Below are positions 12,682 to 25,274 of a DNA stretch of 64,000 bases, in pieces. The position numbers and the translations under genes are program-made. This DNA is from Octopus sinensis (Eukaryota). Below the pieces are notes generated by a model. It searched no databases, was not told the DNA's origin, and saw nothing but the letters and a program-made list of their open reading frames with translations. The stretch's first letter is position 1; each line of letters opens with the position of its first letter. The DNA is taken from the NCBI RefSeq assembly GCF_006345805.1, contig NC_043018.1, forward strand, positions 19,716,001-19,780,000, in the 5' to 3' direction.

Positions 12682-12873
12682 GTAGGTCCCGGATTGAGTC
12701 AGGGTTAACCACAGTAAATAAGGTACTCAATACATAGCAGAGTAAATTAATTTATTTTATGGAAGGAGCTTCTACAGGACTAGAACTGTTTCATTCAAAT
12801 GAAATCATCAGGAAGATGATTTCATTTGAATGAAACAGTTCTAGTCCTGTAGAAGCTCCTTCTATAAAATAAA
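12682..12873 (-). mobile_element. Palindromic Penelope-like non-autonomous element in (TA)n
   Basis: 59-bp arms 12751-12809 and 12815-12873 (1 mismatch) around a 5-nt loop, plus ~70-bp tail carrying AATAAA on -. Confidence 0.75.
12769..12815 (-). ncRNA. Type I hammerhead ribozyme motif (family 1)
   Basis: On -: stem I CTTC/GAAG; core CTGATGA; stem II TTC/GAA closed by U-U; GAAA; stem III ACAG/CTGT with loop ttCTAGtc; cleavage triplet GUA. Confidence 0.7.
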
Positions 12874-13082
12874 AAAATATATACATGCATATATATATAT
12901 GTGTGTGTGTGTATGTATGTATATATATATATATATATATATGGAGTAGCTGTGTAGTAAGTAGCTTGCTTTCCAATAACATGTTTCTGGGTTCAGTCTC
13001 ACTGTACGGTGGTTGTAAAACAAGTGACCCCATTACACAACTTGCAACAGACTGGATTCTGCTGCTAAAGTGAATAATCTAA

Positions 13083-13512
13083 CCCCTTAAGCCTTCAGAT
13101 TATTTTATCAAGTGTAATCCTTATTTATTCGCATTGTTTTGAATTAACCTTACGTTAGCTCATAGCCCTGACATGCCAATGGTATGATTGCTTATTTTTA
13201 GAATAACATTGTAGGGTAGGTGTGAGAGGCTGGATCTGGCTTGTTTGGAGATAAAACAGGTAGAATATTTGGACTAGATATGGCTGGATTAACTCTTTAT
13301 TATTCAGATTATTCTGTCAAATATAATCCTTATTTATTCGTATTGCTTTGGATTAGTCATGCTTTATTTCGTAGCTTTGTAATTTTGATGATGTGATTGT
13401 TTATTTTTAGAATGACATTGTAGGATAGGTGTGAGAGACTGGATCTGGCCAGTTTGAACATAGAGCCAGTAGAATGTTTGGGCCTGATATGGTCAGTTCA
13501 AATGCTAAAGGG
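13083..13512. mobile_element. piggyBac-type MITE, two internal tandem units
   Basis: Right end AATGCTAAAGGG|TTAA; left end degenerate; ~210-bp unit repeated. Confidence 0.6.
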
Positions 13513-13839
13513 TTAAAGGGCCAGTAGTGGTCATGGTCAAAATAGGGAATGGATTCCTGGAGCAGACTTTCCTCTTGATTCTAATGGACAGGCCTGAATG
13601 TTATCCACATAAATCCCAACAGCTTGTCCCCTAATCCCTGATTAAATTATAAACAAAAATACTAAAAATGAAAGAAAAAACATAAAAATACCTGTCTTTT
13701 TAAAGATTCTCCCCCCCCCCCTCCCCGTGTTTTGTTGCTAATCTTGATGACTGGGGACAGCTTGACTGTTCAGTGGTGAATATTGGAATTTGGTTGTGAG
13801 ATCTTAATCTCTCTCTCTTCACCAGTTCTACTACAACCA

Positions 13840-14643
13840 CCACAACCAAAACCACCACCACTACCACTACCACCACCACCACCACTACAACAAAGATTGT
13901 GAGTAACTAACTCTGCAGCCACTATCACCATCACCATTTGTACTACCATAACGTCCACCACCACTGTTGTCATATCACTGCCTCCAAAACTACCACCACC
14001 ACTGCTACTGCTGGTGCTGTCGCCACCGCCACCACCACCACCAGCACCACTGCCACTACCACCACTGCCACCCTCCCCACAACTGCTACCACCACCATTA
14101 CCATCACCACTACCACCACCAACAACAACAACACTATCACCACTACCGACATCACCACCAACACCACCACTACCACCAGCACCACTAACTACAACACCTC
14201 CACCATCATCACCACTACCATCACCACCACTACCATCACCACCACCACCACCACCACTGCTGCCACCACTGCTACCACCACCCCCTACCACCACCACCAC
14301 CACCACCACCCCTACAACCACCACCACCACTGCTGCCACCACTGCTACCACCACCACCACCACTACCACCATCACCACCACCACCACTGCTACCACCACC
14401 ACCACCACTGCCACTACCAACACTGCTACCACCGCCACCACTACCACCACCACCACTACCACCACTACCACCACTACCACTACCACCACTACCACCACTG
14501 CCACTACCAACACTGCCGCCACCACCACCACTACCACCACTACCACTACCACCACTACCACCACTACCACCACCACCACTACCACCATTACCACCACCAC
14601 CACCGCTACCACCACCAACACTGCCACTACCGCCACCGCCACC
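13840..14643. repeat. Degenerate (CAC)n/(CTA)n array
   Basis: Directly visible; source of the poly-T/H/P/G/V ORFs. Confidence 0.95.
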
Positions 14644-14757
14644 ATATTCTTCTTTAGAGTAATCCCTGGAGTGTTTCTTTGCTTTGCTATTTTTGATCAA
14701 ATATTTTGCAATGATATCTTGCAAACTGTGAAATTTGCTGAGAATACCTTACATCAT

Positions 14758-14798
<41 letters not shown>

Positions 14799-14926
14799 CA
14801 CAGTGCAGCAGCGCCAAAATGGTAGCAGCAGCAGCAGCAGCAACAACAGCTCCGGGACATGTTCTGGGATCTTGCTATGAAACGGTATAATTTCTTGGAA
14901 ATCTTGCTGGAAGTCTTAAGGGAGAC

Positions 14927-14928
<2 letters not shown>

Positions 14929-14975
<47 letters not shown>

Positions 14976-15003
14976 TGAGAGAGAGAGAGAGAGAGCGGGA
15001 GAT

Positions 15004-15051
<48 letters not shown>

Positions 15052-15067
15052 GAAGAGAGAGAGAGAA

Positions 15068-15101
<34 letters not shown>

Positions 15102-15190
15102 CGGAAGAGAGGGCAATGACATGAAAGTGAGAGACATGGAGAAACACTGAGAGAAAACGAGAAATAGAGAGATGTTGAGAGAGAGGGAGA
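14929..15190. repeat. (GT)n followed by (GA)n
   Basis: Directly visible. Confidence 0.95.
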
Positions 15191-15324
15191 GAAAGGAGGG
15201 TGGGGGGTGGGGGTAATAATTATGGGAAAAAGATGAAAAGAAAAAGCGTATGTGACTCCCAGTGACTCGAAAAAAAAAAAAAGGTTTTAAATTAATCGTG
15301 ATGTTGACAATGCAAGCTGGGTTC

Positions 15325-15900
15325 CGTATCATCATCACCATCATCATCACCACCATCGTTTTCATCATCATCATCATCATCATCACCATCGTCATTATTA
15401 TCATTTTCATGATGATGATGATGGTGATGATGATCATCATCATCGTCATCGTCATCATTTATCATAATCCTCCTTGTCATCATCATCATCATCATCATCA
15501 CTGTCATCATTTTCATTACATCCACCACCACCGCCATCCCCTCCTCCTCCTTGTTACTACTTCTACCACCTTCATCACCACTCATTTCATCATCATCACC
15601 ACCAGCAACATCATGATTATCATCCTCCACCAACCACCACCACCACCACCACCACCATCACCATCATCACCACCACCATAACCACCACCACCACCATCAT
15701 CACCACCACCATCACCACCATCACCATCATCACCACCACCATCACCACCACCACCATCTCCACCCTCCTCCTCATTGTCGTTACTACCTCTACCACCTTC
15801 ATCACCACTTACTATTTTCATCATCATCGTCATCACCACCAGCAACATCATGATTATCATCATCTTCCTCCACCACCACCACCACCACCACCACCCACTG
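15325..15900. repeat. (CAT)n/(CAC)n array containing a duplicated ~240-bp unit
   Basis: CCTCCTCCTyrTTGTyrCTACyTCTACCACCTTCATCACCACT-like segment at ~15540 and ~15770. Confidence 0.85.
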
Positions 15901-16734
15901 CCTGACACCTCACATATTGGTAGAGCAATGAATTAAATAACTCTTTCTTTACTTACAGTCACACATTTTTTACACATGAGTTCAAATCCTGCTCGTGTCA
16001 GCTTCACCCTTTTGCTCTTTCCAAGGTCAATACAATAATTTACTAATTAAAATACCGAGGTCGATCTAACGAAATTACTCCACACACCCCACCCCTGCAT
16101 CTTGGCTCCTTTTCTCTCAAAATCCCTCCTTTTTGTGCCAGTCTTTGTTCATTTGTTTGTAATCCGTTTTACCATGCTAGCATGGGTGGGCAGAGAGCTT
16201 ATTCTTGGCAGGATCTAGTGGAAGACGCTTACCGAAGTTGCTTGGCAGTGGAACTGAATCTGAAACCATATGGTCGTGAAGGAAACATCTTAACAATGCG
16301 GCTATGCCTGCACTAATTAAAAAAAATTCATCATTAACATAACGATTTATCTCCAGTTTGATATCAGTTTTCACCGCAACATTAATTACAGGCCTGTGTT
16401 GTTGCTTATCTCCAAGTCAGCACTTAATTAACTGAGATATGATCAAAGCTGTGACCATCCTGTCTTTTCTCTAAATTTTTTTTTTTTGGCTAGAATACAT
16501 TATTCAACATCTGCTCCGATTATGGAAGCGTTAACCCTTTTGCTATCATATTTCTGTTGAAGCAAGCCATTTTACTTCAATTCATTTTGAAAATAATAAA
16601 GAATTTAGGAAAACAACTTTGTTGTTATTAAACTGGTCTTTGGAACACGAATTAGAATGAAATCTTGATGGAAGGTTTTAATTTCGATCACTTTAACTCC
16701 TTTGTTACCATATTTCTGTTGATATACACTTTAG

Positions 16735-17138
16735 TTACTCTTTACTCTTTTACTTGTTTCAGTCATTTGACTGCGGCCATGCTGGAGCACCGCCTTTAGT
16801 CGACCAAATCGACCCCGGGACTTATTCTTTGTAAGCCCAGTACTTATTCTATCGTTCTCTTTTGCCGAACCGCTAAGTGACGGGGATGTAAACACACCAG
16901 CATCGGTTGTCAAGCAATGCTATGGGAACAAACACAGACACACAAACACACATATATATATATATACATATATACGACAGGCTTCTTTCAGTTTCCGTCT
17001 ACCAAATCCACTCACAAGGCTTTGGTCGGCCCGGGGCTATAGCAGAAGACACTTGCCCAAGATGCCACGCAGTGGGACTGAACTCGGAACCATGTGGTTG
17101 GTTAGCAAGCTACTTACCACACAGCCACTCCTGTGCCT
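16735..17138 (-). mobile_element. SINE family A, full length
   Basis: Matches 505-933. Confidence 0.9.
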
Positions 17139-19304
17139 AGTTGTGTCGATTTATCTTGAAAATAAGGGAGAGTTTAGTAAAATAACTTTGTCATAATTAA
17201 CTCTTTTACTCTTTTACTTGTTTCAGTCATTTGACTGCGACCATGCTGGAGCACCGCCTTTAGTCGAGCAAATCAACCCCAGGACTTATTCTTTGTAAGC
17301 CTAGTATTTATTCTATTGGTCTCTTATGACGAACTGCTAAGTTACGGGGATGTAAACACACCAGCATCGATGTCAAGCGATGTTGGGGGACATACACACA
17401 CAAACATACACACACACACACACATGGTGGCTGCCCCCTCGCTATCGAGTATGGCCATTGCACGAAGCTTAATCAATGCTGTTATCGTGCAATACTTGTG
17501 CAAGAAGATTTTTTGTAAAGTGAGGAAAGGCTGTGCACTGAGTCAATCCCACTCACTAAGCAACAGCAGCCATAATCCGAAAAGAAGAACAAGTCTATAT
17601 CATCGGTAACCGCTGAGCCGCAGGTTTTATGTCGGAGTTATCCCAGTTACCCGAGTTACCTTCTCCTAGAAGGATGCCCTAACAAAGGCTAGGAGTCCTT
17701 CACTCCCAAAGGTTTAACCGCACGATCGGGTATTCAGTCCGATTATTTCTATGTCCCCGTGCATGATACAGCCTTAAGACATTACTCACAAGGCTTTGGT
17801 CGGCCCGAGGTTATAGCAGAAGACACTTGCCCAAGGTGCCAAGCAGTGGGACTGAACCTGGAACCATGTGGTTGGTTAGCAAGCTACTAATATATACAAC
17901 ATTATCTTATTGTTGAATTATTGTTAATTTATCAGATGATAGCATATTTTTTCAGTCGTTATTTCAACATGGTTTTTGCTATTTCAAAATCTCATCTATT
18001 TTATGTCTTACCATAGTTTAAACTGTATTATTATTATGTTTGCTGAGTGTCGTTTTCTCACAAATCAAAACCCTTCTTTCTGTATAAAATTCCATCAAGT
18101 GATTCTAAAAGTCATACAAGAATAACGAATACAAGCTTTTCGTGCTGTTTCCATCTTGAAAAATCTGCCAACACATACGAAGGAGAAGGCTGGACAATAA
18201 ATCACAGTCTCTCTGTTATTCAGCACCCCGCATACAACTAAACGCAGCATGACTCAGTGTACATTTGGTTACACAGAGTGTTGAAACAAGGAACATCTGG
18301 TGTGCAGACTTTGTAGACTGGCTTCTCGACGTCTGTTTGCTCATCTCTGCACGTTGTTTGCTTGAGTTTGGCAGGTTAGAGCTATCTGAAGCCTGCTGGG
18401 TCTGGCTGACTCTGGCTGGGGCCTTGACAGGAGACAGAAGTAAGCAAATTGATACACCATTCAGGCTGTGTTTAACACGGGTGGGGGAAAAAAAGGCCGT
18501 TGAAAGTTTTTCTTTCATATAAAACAGTAATTGCATTTCTTTATTGTTCTACATGGGTATTCCTTTATTCTTCTTTTACTTGTTTCAGTCATATGGCTGC
18601 GGCCATGCTGGAGCACCACCTTTTAGACGAGCAAATCAACCCCAAGACTTATTCTTTGTAAGCCTCCTAGTACTTATTCTGTCGGTTTCTTTTTACCGAA
18701 CCACTAAGTTACCAGGATGTAAACACACCAGCATTGCATCTCAAGTGATGTTGGCGGACACACATACACACACACACACATATGCATATATATGATGGGC
18801 TTCTTTCAGTTTCCGTCTACCAAATCTGCTCACAAGGCTTTGGTTGGCCCAAGGCTATTCTGTCGGTTTCTTTTTACCGAACCAAGTTACAGGATGTAAA
18901 CACACCAGCATTGCATCTCAAGTGATGCTGGGACACACACACACACATATATATGCATATATATGATGGGCTTCTTGCAGTTTCCGTCTACCAAATCCAC
19001 TCACAAGGCTTTGGTTGGCCCAAGGCTATAGTAGAAGACACTTGCCCAAGGTGCCATGCAGTGGGACTGAACCCGGAACCATGTTGTTGGTAAGCAAGCT
19101 ACTTACCACACAGCCACTCCTGCACCTCTAGGCACTCCTATGCCTATGCGGTAGTGTCATATTTTGCCAAAATGGAATAAACAGAATAAGAGGAGAACAA
19201 TGAAGGATTGTCTGAGGAGAGATGCTCATTCTATGAGACTGCAATGCTTTAAACTGCATGGAGCCGAGACAATCTGTTATTAAATAATGTATGCAACACC
19301 TACT

Positions 19305-19820
19305 AACGGGATTCAAGCCTCTTCTCCTTATCTCTTCAAAGACATACAGCATCTCGAAAGAGTCCAGAAGCTGGCTACCCGCATGGTTTTTGGTCTCAAG
19401 CATTTGTCTTATGAAGAAAGGCTGAAGGCGCTTGACCTTTATTCTCTAGAAAAACGACGACGCTGTGGTGATCTCATTCTTGCTCACAACATCATAAGCA
19501 GAAAGTGTAACCTCTCGAAAGAGCTGTTCTTCACTCCTGCTCCAGAGCGTCGGTTGCAGGGTCACTCCGAAAAGCTCTATTTGCGACGATTTCATCTCAA
19601 TCAAAGGAGAGGGGCTTTCTCCGTCCGGGTTGCAGATCCGTGGAATAAGCTGCCGGACAAGATAGTGAAGATGCCAACGACTCCTCGGTTCAAAGTCTCT
19701 CTTGACCACAAGTGGCCTGAACTCTTTACATGAACACCACCCTGTACATAACTCCATGTCCCCTTACATGGCCTTGCTTTTTGATTTTTGACCCAAAAAA
19801 TTAACTAACTTACTAACTAA
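19305..19820 (+). mobile_element. 5'-truncated CR1-clade LINE (ORF2 C-terminus plus 3' UTR)
   Basis: GIQASSPYLFKDIQHLERVQKLATRM...SYEERL...SLEKRR..GDLI...GHSEKL...FSVRVADPWNKLP is the characteristic CR1 C-terminal region; TAAC-repeat tail. Confidence 0.9.
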
Positions 19821-20397
19821 ATGTATTGAGTGCCTCTTCCTTTCATTTATCCACTCATTTATATATATATGTGTGTGTGTGTGAAGGTATGTGGCTTAGT
19901 GGTTAGGGTGATGCATTCAAGATTGCCGGGTTGTGGTTTCAATTCCCAGACTGGGTAGTGCATTGCATTCTTGAGGAAGACACTTCATATTACGTTGTTC
20001 CAGCCCACTCAGCTGCAAACGGATCACCCTGCAATGAACTGGCCTTCCATTCAGGGAGAATATTAACCGGCCTGCCTAGCCAGTGGGGTAGCAACATTTG
20101 GAAGCTATAATAGTGAGAGGAAGTGCATTGTGACCAGCAGTGTATGACACCCAATAGTTTGGTCAACATATTGATATATACATACATATGTGTGTGTATA
20201 TATATATATATATGTATATATATCACTTGTTAAGGTTGTCTCTATGCAACCGCAACTATGATTTCAATAGCAAATCTGTAGAGAGAACCTTAACAAGTGA
20301 TGTAATAGCACTGCTAACTCAGTAGAACACAGTATTGGCTTATAAAACAATGTTTAATATACTTTTTAGTATATTACTGTTGCATAACGAAATAGTG

Positions 20398-20431
<34 letters not shown>

Positions 20432-20444
20432 CACACATATATAT

Positions 20445-20484
<40 letters not shown>

Positions 20485-20485
20485 A

Positions 20486-20527
<42 letters not shown>

Positions 20528-20564
20528 GTGTATATATATGTATGTGTATATATATGTATGTATA

Positions 20565-20610
<46 letters not shown>

Positions 20611-20778
20611 ATATATGTATATATGTATATATATACACACACATATATATATACATATATATATATATACATATATATCTATATATGTGTGTGTTCGTTT
20701 ATGCGTTCATTATATTTGCTCACTCTGGGTATTTTCTATTAGATTAAAAGCTATGATGCTACTTTATATGAGAAGATT

Positions 20779-20819
<41 letters not shown>

Positions 20820-20829
20820 CTTTTAATCT

Positions 20830-21214
20830 TCTATGATCAGAATCATGATGGTGATGGTGATAGTGATGAAGTTCATGATGATAGTGGTTGCAGCTGATGA
20901 AGACGGTCACGACGACGATGATGATGATGATGATAGTAGTAGTGGTGGTAGTGGTGGTGGTGGTGGTGGTGGTGGTGTCAGTTGTTTTGATGATGATGAT
21001 GATGATGATGGTTATGGATTTTGTTGAGCTGATCATGACGATGATGATGATGATTATGATGGTGATTTTGCTGACGAACAACGATTGCATCAGTAATGAT
21101 TGTGTTGTTGTTGTTGTTGTTGTTGGTGGTGGTGGTGATGGTCATCGTGATGGAGATGATGATGATGATGATGATGATGATTGTGAGAATGATGCAAATG
21201 TAGCTGTTTTGGTG

Positions 21215-21251
<37 letters not shown>

Positions 21252-21410
21252 AATGATGATGATGATGAAAATGATGATGATGATGAAAATGATGATGATG
21301 ATGAAAATGATGATGATGATGAAAATGATGATGATGAAAATGATGATGATGATAGCAACAGTCATGAAGTTGATGGCGATGATGATGATGATGATTATGA
21401 TGACGACAAT
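20830..21410. repeat. (GAT)n array with an 18-bp higher-order unit (AAAATGATGATGATGATG)
   Basis: Directly visible at 21245-21345. Confidence 0.9.
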
Positions 21411-22083
21411 GACGTCTGTAAAGAAAGAAAATACCTCCTACGCACACCAATCAATAGAATTAACGAGGAAGGCTGTTGATGAGCTCCTCTTGATTACCGT
21501 CTGTTCGGCAGCACGCTGCAGTTTTGTACTCTTCATTAAGTTAAAACCAACGAGTTTGATTCAGACTTCCTTTCCACCTCCACCACCACCCCACCACCAC
21601 CACCACCAGCACCACCACCATTGGCCACAGCCACCCCCGCCACTGGCCACGATCACCTCCAGTGATCGGAACATATTAGCCTCACTTCGATATTCATTCT
21701 CCGTACTGAACATCTCATTTCAGCGAGACGAACAGACAGAAACGCATCCAGTCAGCATTGTTTAATTCAACCCACGCACCCCACCCCCACCAACACCCTG
21801 CACTGCCCTCTCCCTTCCTCGCGCCACCCCACCCCGCCCCACCCCACCTTCTCTTGCCCAGCAAACTATTTGCTTTCTTCATTGATTGTATTTCATTAAC
21901 AAACTGATTAATTACAAACTTAATAGTTCAACTTAATTATAGTTTTAATTTGTTTTTGTTTTTTTTTTGTCTTTTCTTCAATTTCTTCTTGTTTCATCAT
22001 CTCTGTTATTACTACAACTACTACTACTACTACTCATATTATTATTATTACTATTATTATTATTATTATTATTATTATTAGCT

Positions 22084-22157
22084 GTCTCTGTGGCGCAACC
22101 GGTTAGCGCGTTTGGCTGTTAACCGAAAGGTTGGTGGTTTGAGCCTACCTAGGGACG
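22084..22157 (+). tRNA. tRNA-Asn-GTT: tRNA-Asn(GTT), probably a pseudogene
   Basis: 74-nt cloverleaf, anticodon GTT, followed by T6 at 22165-22170. T-loop reads TTTGAGC instead of TTCGAGC, with extra G-U pairs in three stems. Confidence 0.85.
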
Positions 22158-22170
22158 AGCTTAATTTTTT

Positions 22171-22503
22171 GGCTGTTGCCAGCGCTGCCTCGACTGGCTT
22201 CTGTGCCGGTGGCACATAAAAAGCACCATCCGAACGTGGCCGATGCCAGCGCCGCCTTGGCTGGCTTCCGTGCTGGTGGCACGTTAAAAGCACCAACCGA
22301 TCGTGGCCGATGCCAGACTCCCCTGGCACGTAAAAAGCACCCACTACACTCGTGGAGTGGTTGGCGTTAGGAAGAGCATCCAGCTGTAGAAATACTGCCA
22401 AATCAGACTGGAGCCTGGTGCAGCCCCTGGCTTCCCAGACCCCGGTCGAACTGTCCAACCCGTGCTAGCGCGGAAAACGGACGTTAAACGATGATGATGA
22501 TGA
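22171..22503 (+). mobile_element. Repeat family D
   Basis: Nearly identical to 36225-36550. Confidence 0.85.
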
Positions 22504-23369
22504 TTATTATTATTATTATTATTATTATCATTATTATTATTATTATAACTATTGTTATCAAGGTGGCGAGCTGGCAGAATCATTACTGCACAGGGCAAAA
22601 TACTTTGCAGCATTTCATCTGTCTTTATGTCCTGAGTTCAAATTCCATCAGATCAATTTTGCCATTTTCCCTCATGGGTCGGTGAAACCAACTTACTCCC
22701 TCGCCTGAAATTGCTGGCCTTGTGCCAAAGTTTGAAATCATTATCACTATTGTTATCATTACGGTTGGCAAGCTCGTTAGCAAGAGTCATTAGCATGTCA
22801 GATAAAATGCTTAGTGGCATTTTATCTGTCTTCAGGTTCTGAGCTCAAATTCCACCGGTCTTGCTTTGTCTTTCATCCTTTCAGGGTTGATAAAATAAAT
22901 ACCAGTTATACACTGTCTTGATGTAATTGACTAACCCCCACCCCATCCCCCAAAATTTAAGGCCTCACGTTTATAGCAGTGAGGATTATTATCACTACTA
23001 CTACTACTACTACTATACAGGCTGGTGCTCAAGTTGTTGATGGTGTTGCTTTCAGAATGCGAAGGGTTAAGGAAGATACTTCAAGGATCTCACTTGACCC
23101 CCTCTAAAAGTTCCAAGGATCCACCACTCTAGATTAGGGTTTTTTTTTACTGATCCCCAAAAGGATGAAAGGTAAAATTGATCTGGGTGAGATTTGAACT
23201 CAGATTCCAAAGAGTTGTAACAGATGCCACAAGGGATTCTGTACAATGTGCTAAAACCTCTGCTGCTTTGCTGCCACATATATAAAGATACGCAATACAT
23301 ACGTGTAAGCAAATGAGCTGAAATAAAGGCGAAATCTTGAAATCCACCATCTTAAAGGGACATTTCTCG

Positions 23370-23530
23370 GGAGAGTGGCTGTGTGGTAAGTAGCTTGTTT
23401 ACCAACCACATGGTTCCGAGTTCAGTCCAACTGCGTGGCACCTTGGGCAAGTGTCTTCTACTACAGCCTCGGGCCAACCAAAGCCTTGTGAGTGGATTTG
23501 GTAGATGGAAACTGAAAGAAGCCCGTCGTA

Positions 23531-23573
<43 letters not shown>

Positions 23574-24066
23574 AAATTAATTAAGGGTAGAAATCAATAT
23601 TTATCAATTAAAACCAGTGGTCTAGCATATTACAAAAGAATCCGAAGATTAAATATTTATATATACCAATTAAGGACTGAACACGAAAAGTGGATAGTCA
23701 ACATGCTAGATATAGACGTCAAATCGCCATTCTCCACAAAAGATTATGTTCTCAAATCAAAATTTTGTGGAGAATGGCGATTTGACGTCTATATCTAGCA
23801 TGTGACTGTCCACTTTCGTGTCAGTCCTTAATTGGTATATTATATCTATATATATATATGCATGTGTGTTTGTCCCCTAGCATTGCTTGACAACCGATGC
23901 TGGTGTGTTTACGTCCCCGTCACTTAGCGGTTCAGCAAAAAGAGACCGATAGAATAAGTACAGGGCTTACAAAAGAATAAGTCCCGGGTTCGAGTTGCTT
24001 GATTAAAGGTGGTGCTCCAGCATGGCTGCAGTCAAATGACTGAAACAAGTAAAAGAGTAAAGAGTA
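23370..24066 (+). mobile_element. SINE family A interrupted in its internal (TA)n by a fold-back element
   Basis: Head 23370-23530 and tail ~23860-24066 flank the insert. Confidence 0.85.
23568..23840. mobile_element. Fold-back element (tail plus ~80-bp inverted arms) in (TA)n
   Basis: Arms 23661-23741 and 23763-23840. Confidence 0.75.
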
Positions 24067-24319
24067 TGTAAACCAAACCCATGCATTGAGTATATGACAT
24101 TGGTAATATATATATATGTTTCTCATGTGATCTCTTGTTATTCTGGGTGTACAAGATCTTCCGGCAGATTATGGCAGCCTGAAGATTTTGTGCACCAACA
24201 GGTGAAACTCGGAGTAGCAAGACATGGCCTGGCCAAAATAAAAATATCATATTAAGCTCTGCTGTGGTATTGAGTACTCTTTCCTGACACTTGAAACTAA
24301 ATTTCTATTCTAACTCTCT

Positions 24320-24359
24320 TCCTTCCTTCCTTCCTTCCTTTCTCATTCTTTCTTTCTTT

Positions 24360-24400
<41 letters not shown>

Positions 24401-24700
24401 TCTTTCTTTCTTTCTTTCTTTTTCTTTCTTTGTCTTTCTCTCTTTTCTTTCCTTTTTTCCCCTCTTCCTTCTTTCTTTCTTTCTTTCTTTTTCTTTTCTT
24501 TTCTTTCTTTCTTTCCTTCTTTCTTTCTCTGTTTCTTTCTTTCTCTTTCTTTCTTTGTCTTTCTTTTTCTTTCTCTCTTTTCTTTCCTTTCCTTTTTCCC
24601 CCTTTCCTTCTTTCTTTCTTTCTTACTTTCTTTCTTACTTTCTTTCTTTCTTTCTTTGTCTTTTTCTTTCTCTCTCCCTCCCTCCTTCCATCCATTCATT
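24320..24700. repeat. Polypyrimidine (CTTT)n low-complexity tract
   Basis: Directly visible. Confidence 0.95.
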
Positions 24701-24844
24701 CATTCCCATACACCCATCCATCCATCCTGGCACAAATAAACCTTTAAACAACAGTGAGTAAATGTTAGATTAAAAGAACCCTTTGTATAGAAAAAGTCCA
24801 AAGTTGCGCGTAGGAACTGAAACCATATGAAATATATATATATA

Positions 24845-25274
24845 TTTTCTTTTATTCTTTTATCTTTTACTTCTTTCAGTCATTTGACTGCGGCCATGCT
24901 GGAGCACCACTTTTAGTCGAGCAAATCGACCCCAGGACTTATTCTTTGTAAGCCCAGTACTTATTCTATCGGTCTCTTTTGCCGAACCGCTAAGTGACGG
25001 GGAACGTAAAACACACCAGCATCGGTTATCAAGCAATGCTAGGAGGACAAAACACAGACACACAAACACACACACACACACACATACATCTATATATATA
25101 TACATATATACGACAGGCTTCTTTCAGTTTCCGTCTACCAAATCCACTCACAAGGCATTGGTCGGCCCGGGGCTATAGCAGAAGACACTTGCCCAAGATG
25201 CCACGCAGTGGGACTGAACCCGGAACCATGTGGTTGGTAAGCAAGCTACTTACCACACGGCCACTCCTGCGCCT
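24845..25274 (-). mobile_element. SINE family A, followed by a duplicated head (~25295-25460)
   Basis: Matches 505-933. Confidence 0.88.

Noticed and set aside
22171-22340. Regularly spaced ~58-bp repeats resembling a CRISPR array (also 35150-35450 and 41380-41700)
   Set aside because: Internal tandem units of a dispersed eukaryotic repeat; no unique spacers and no cas genes.
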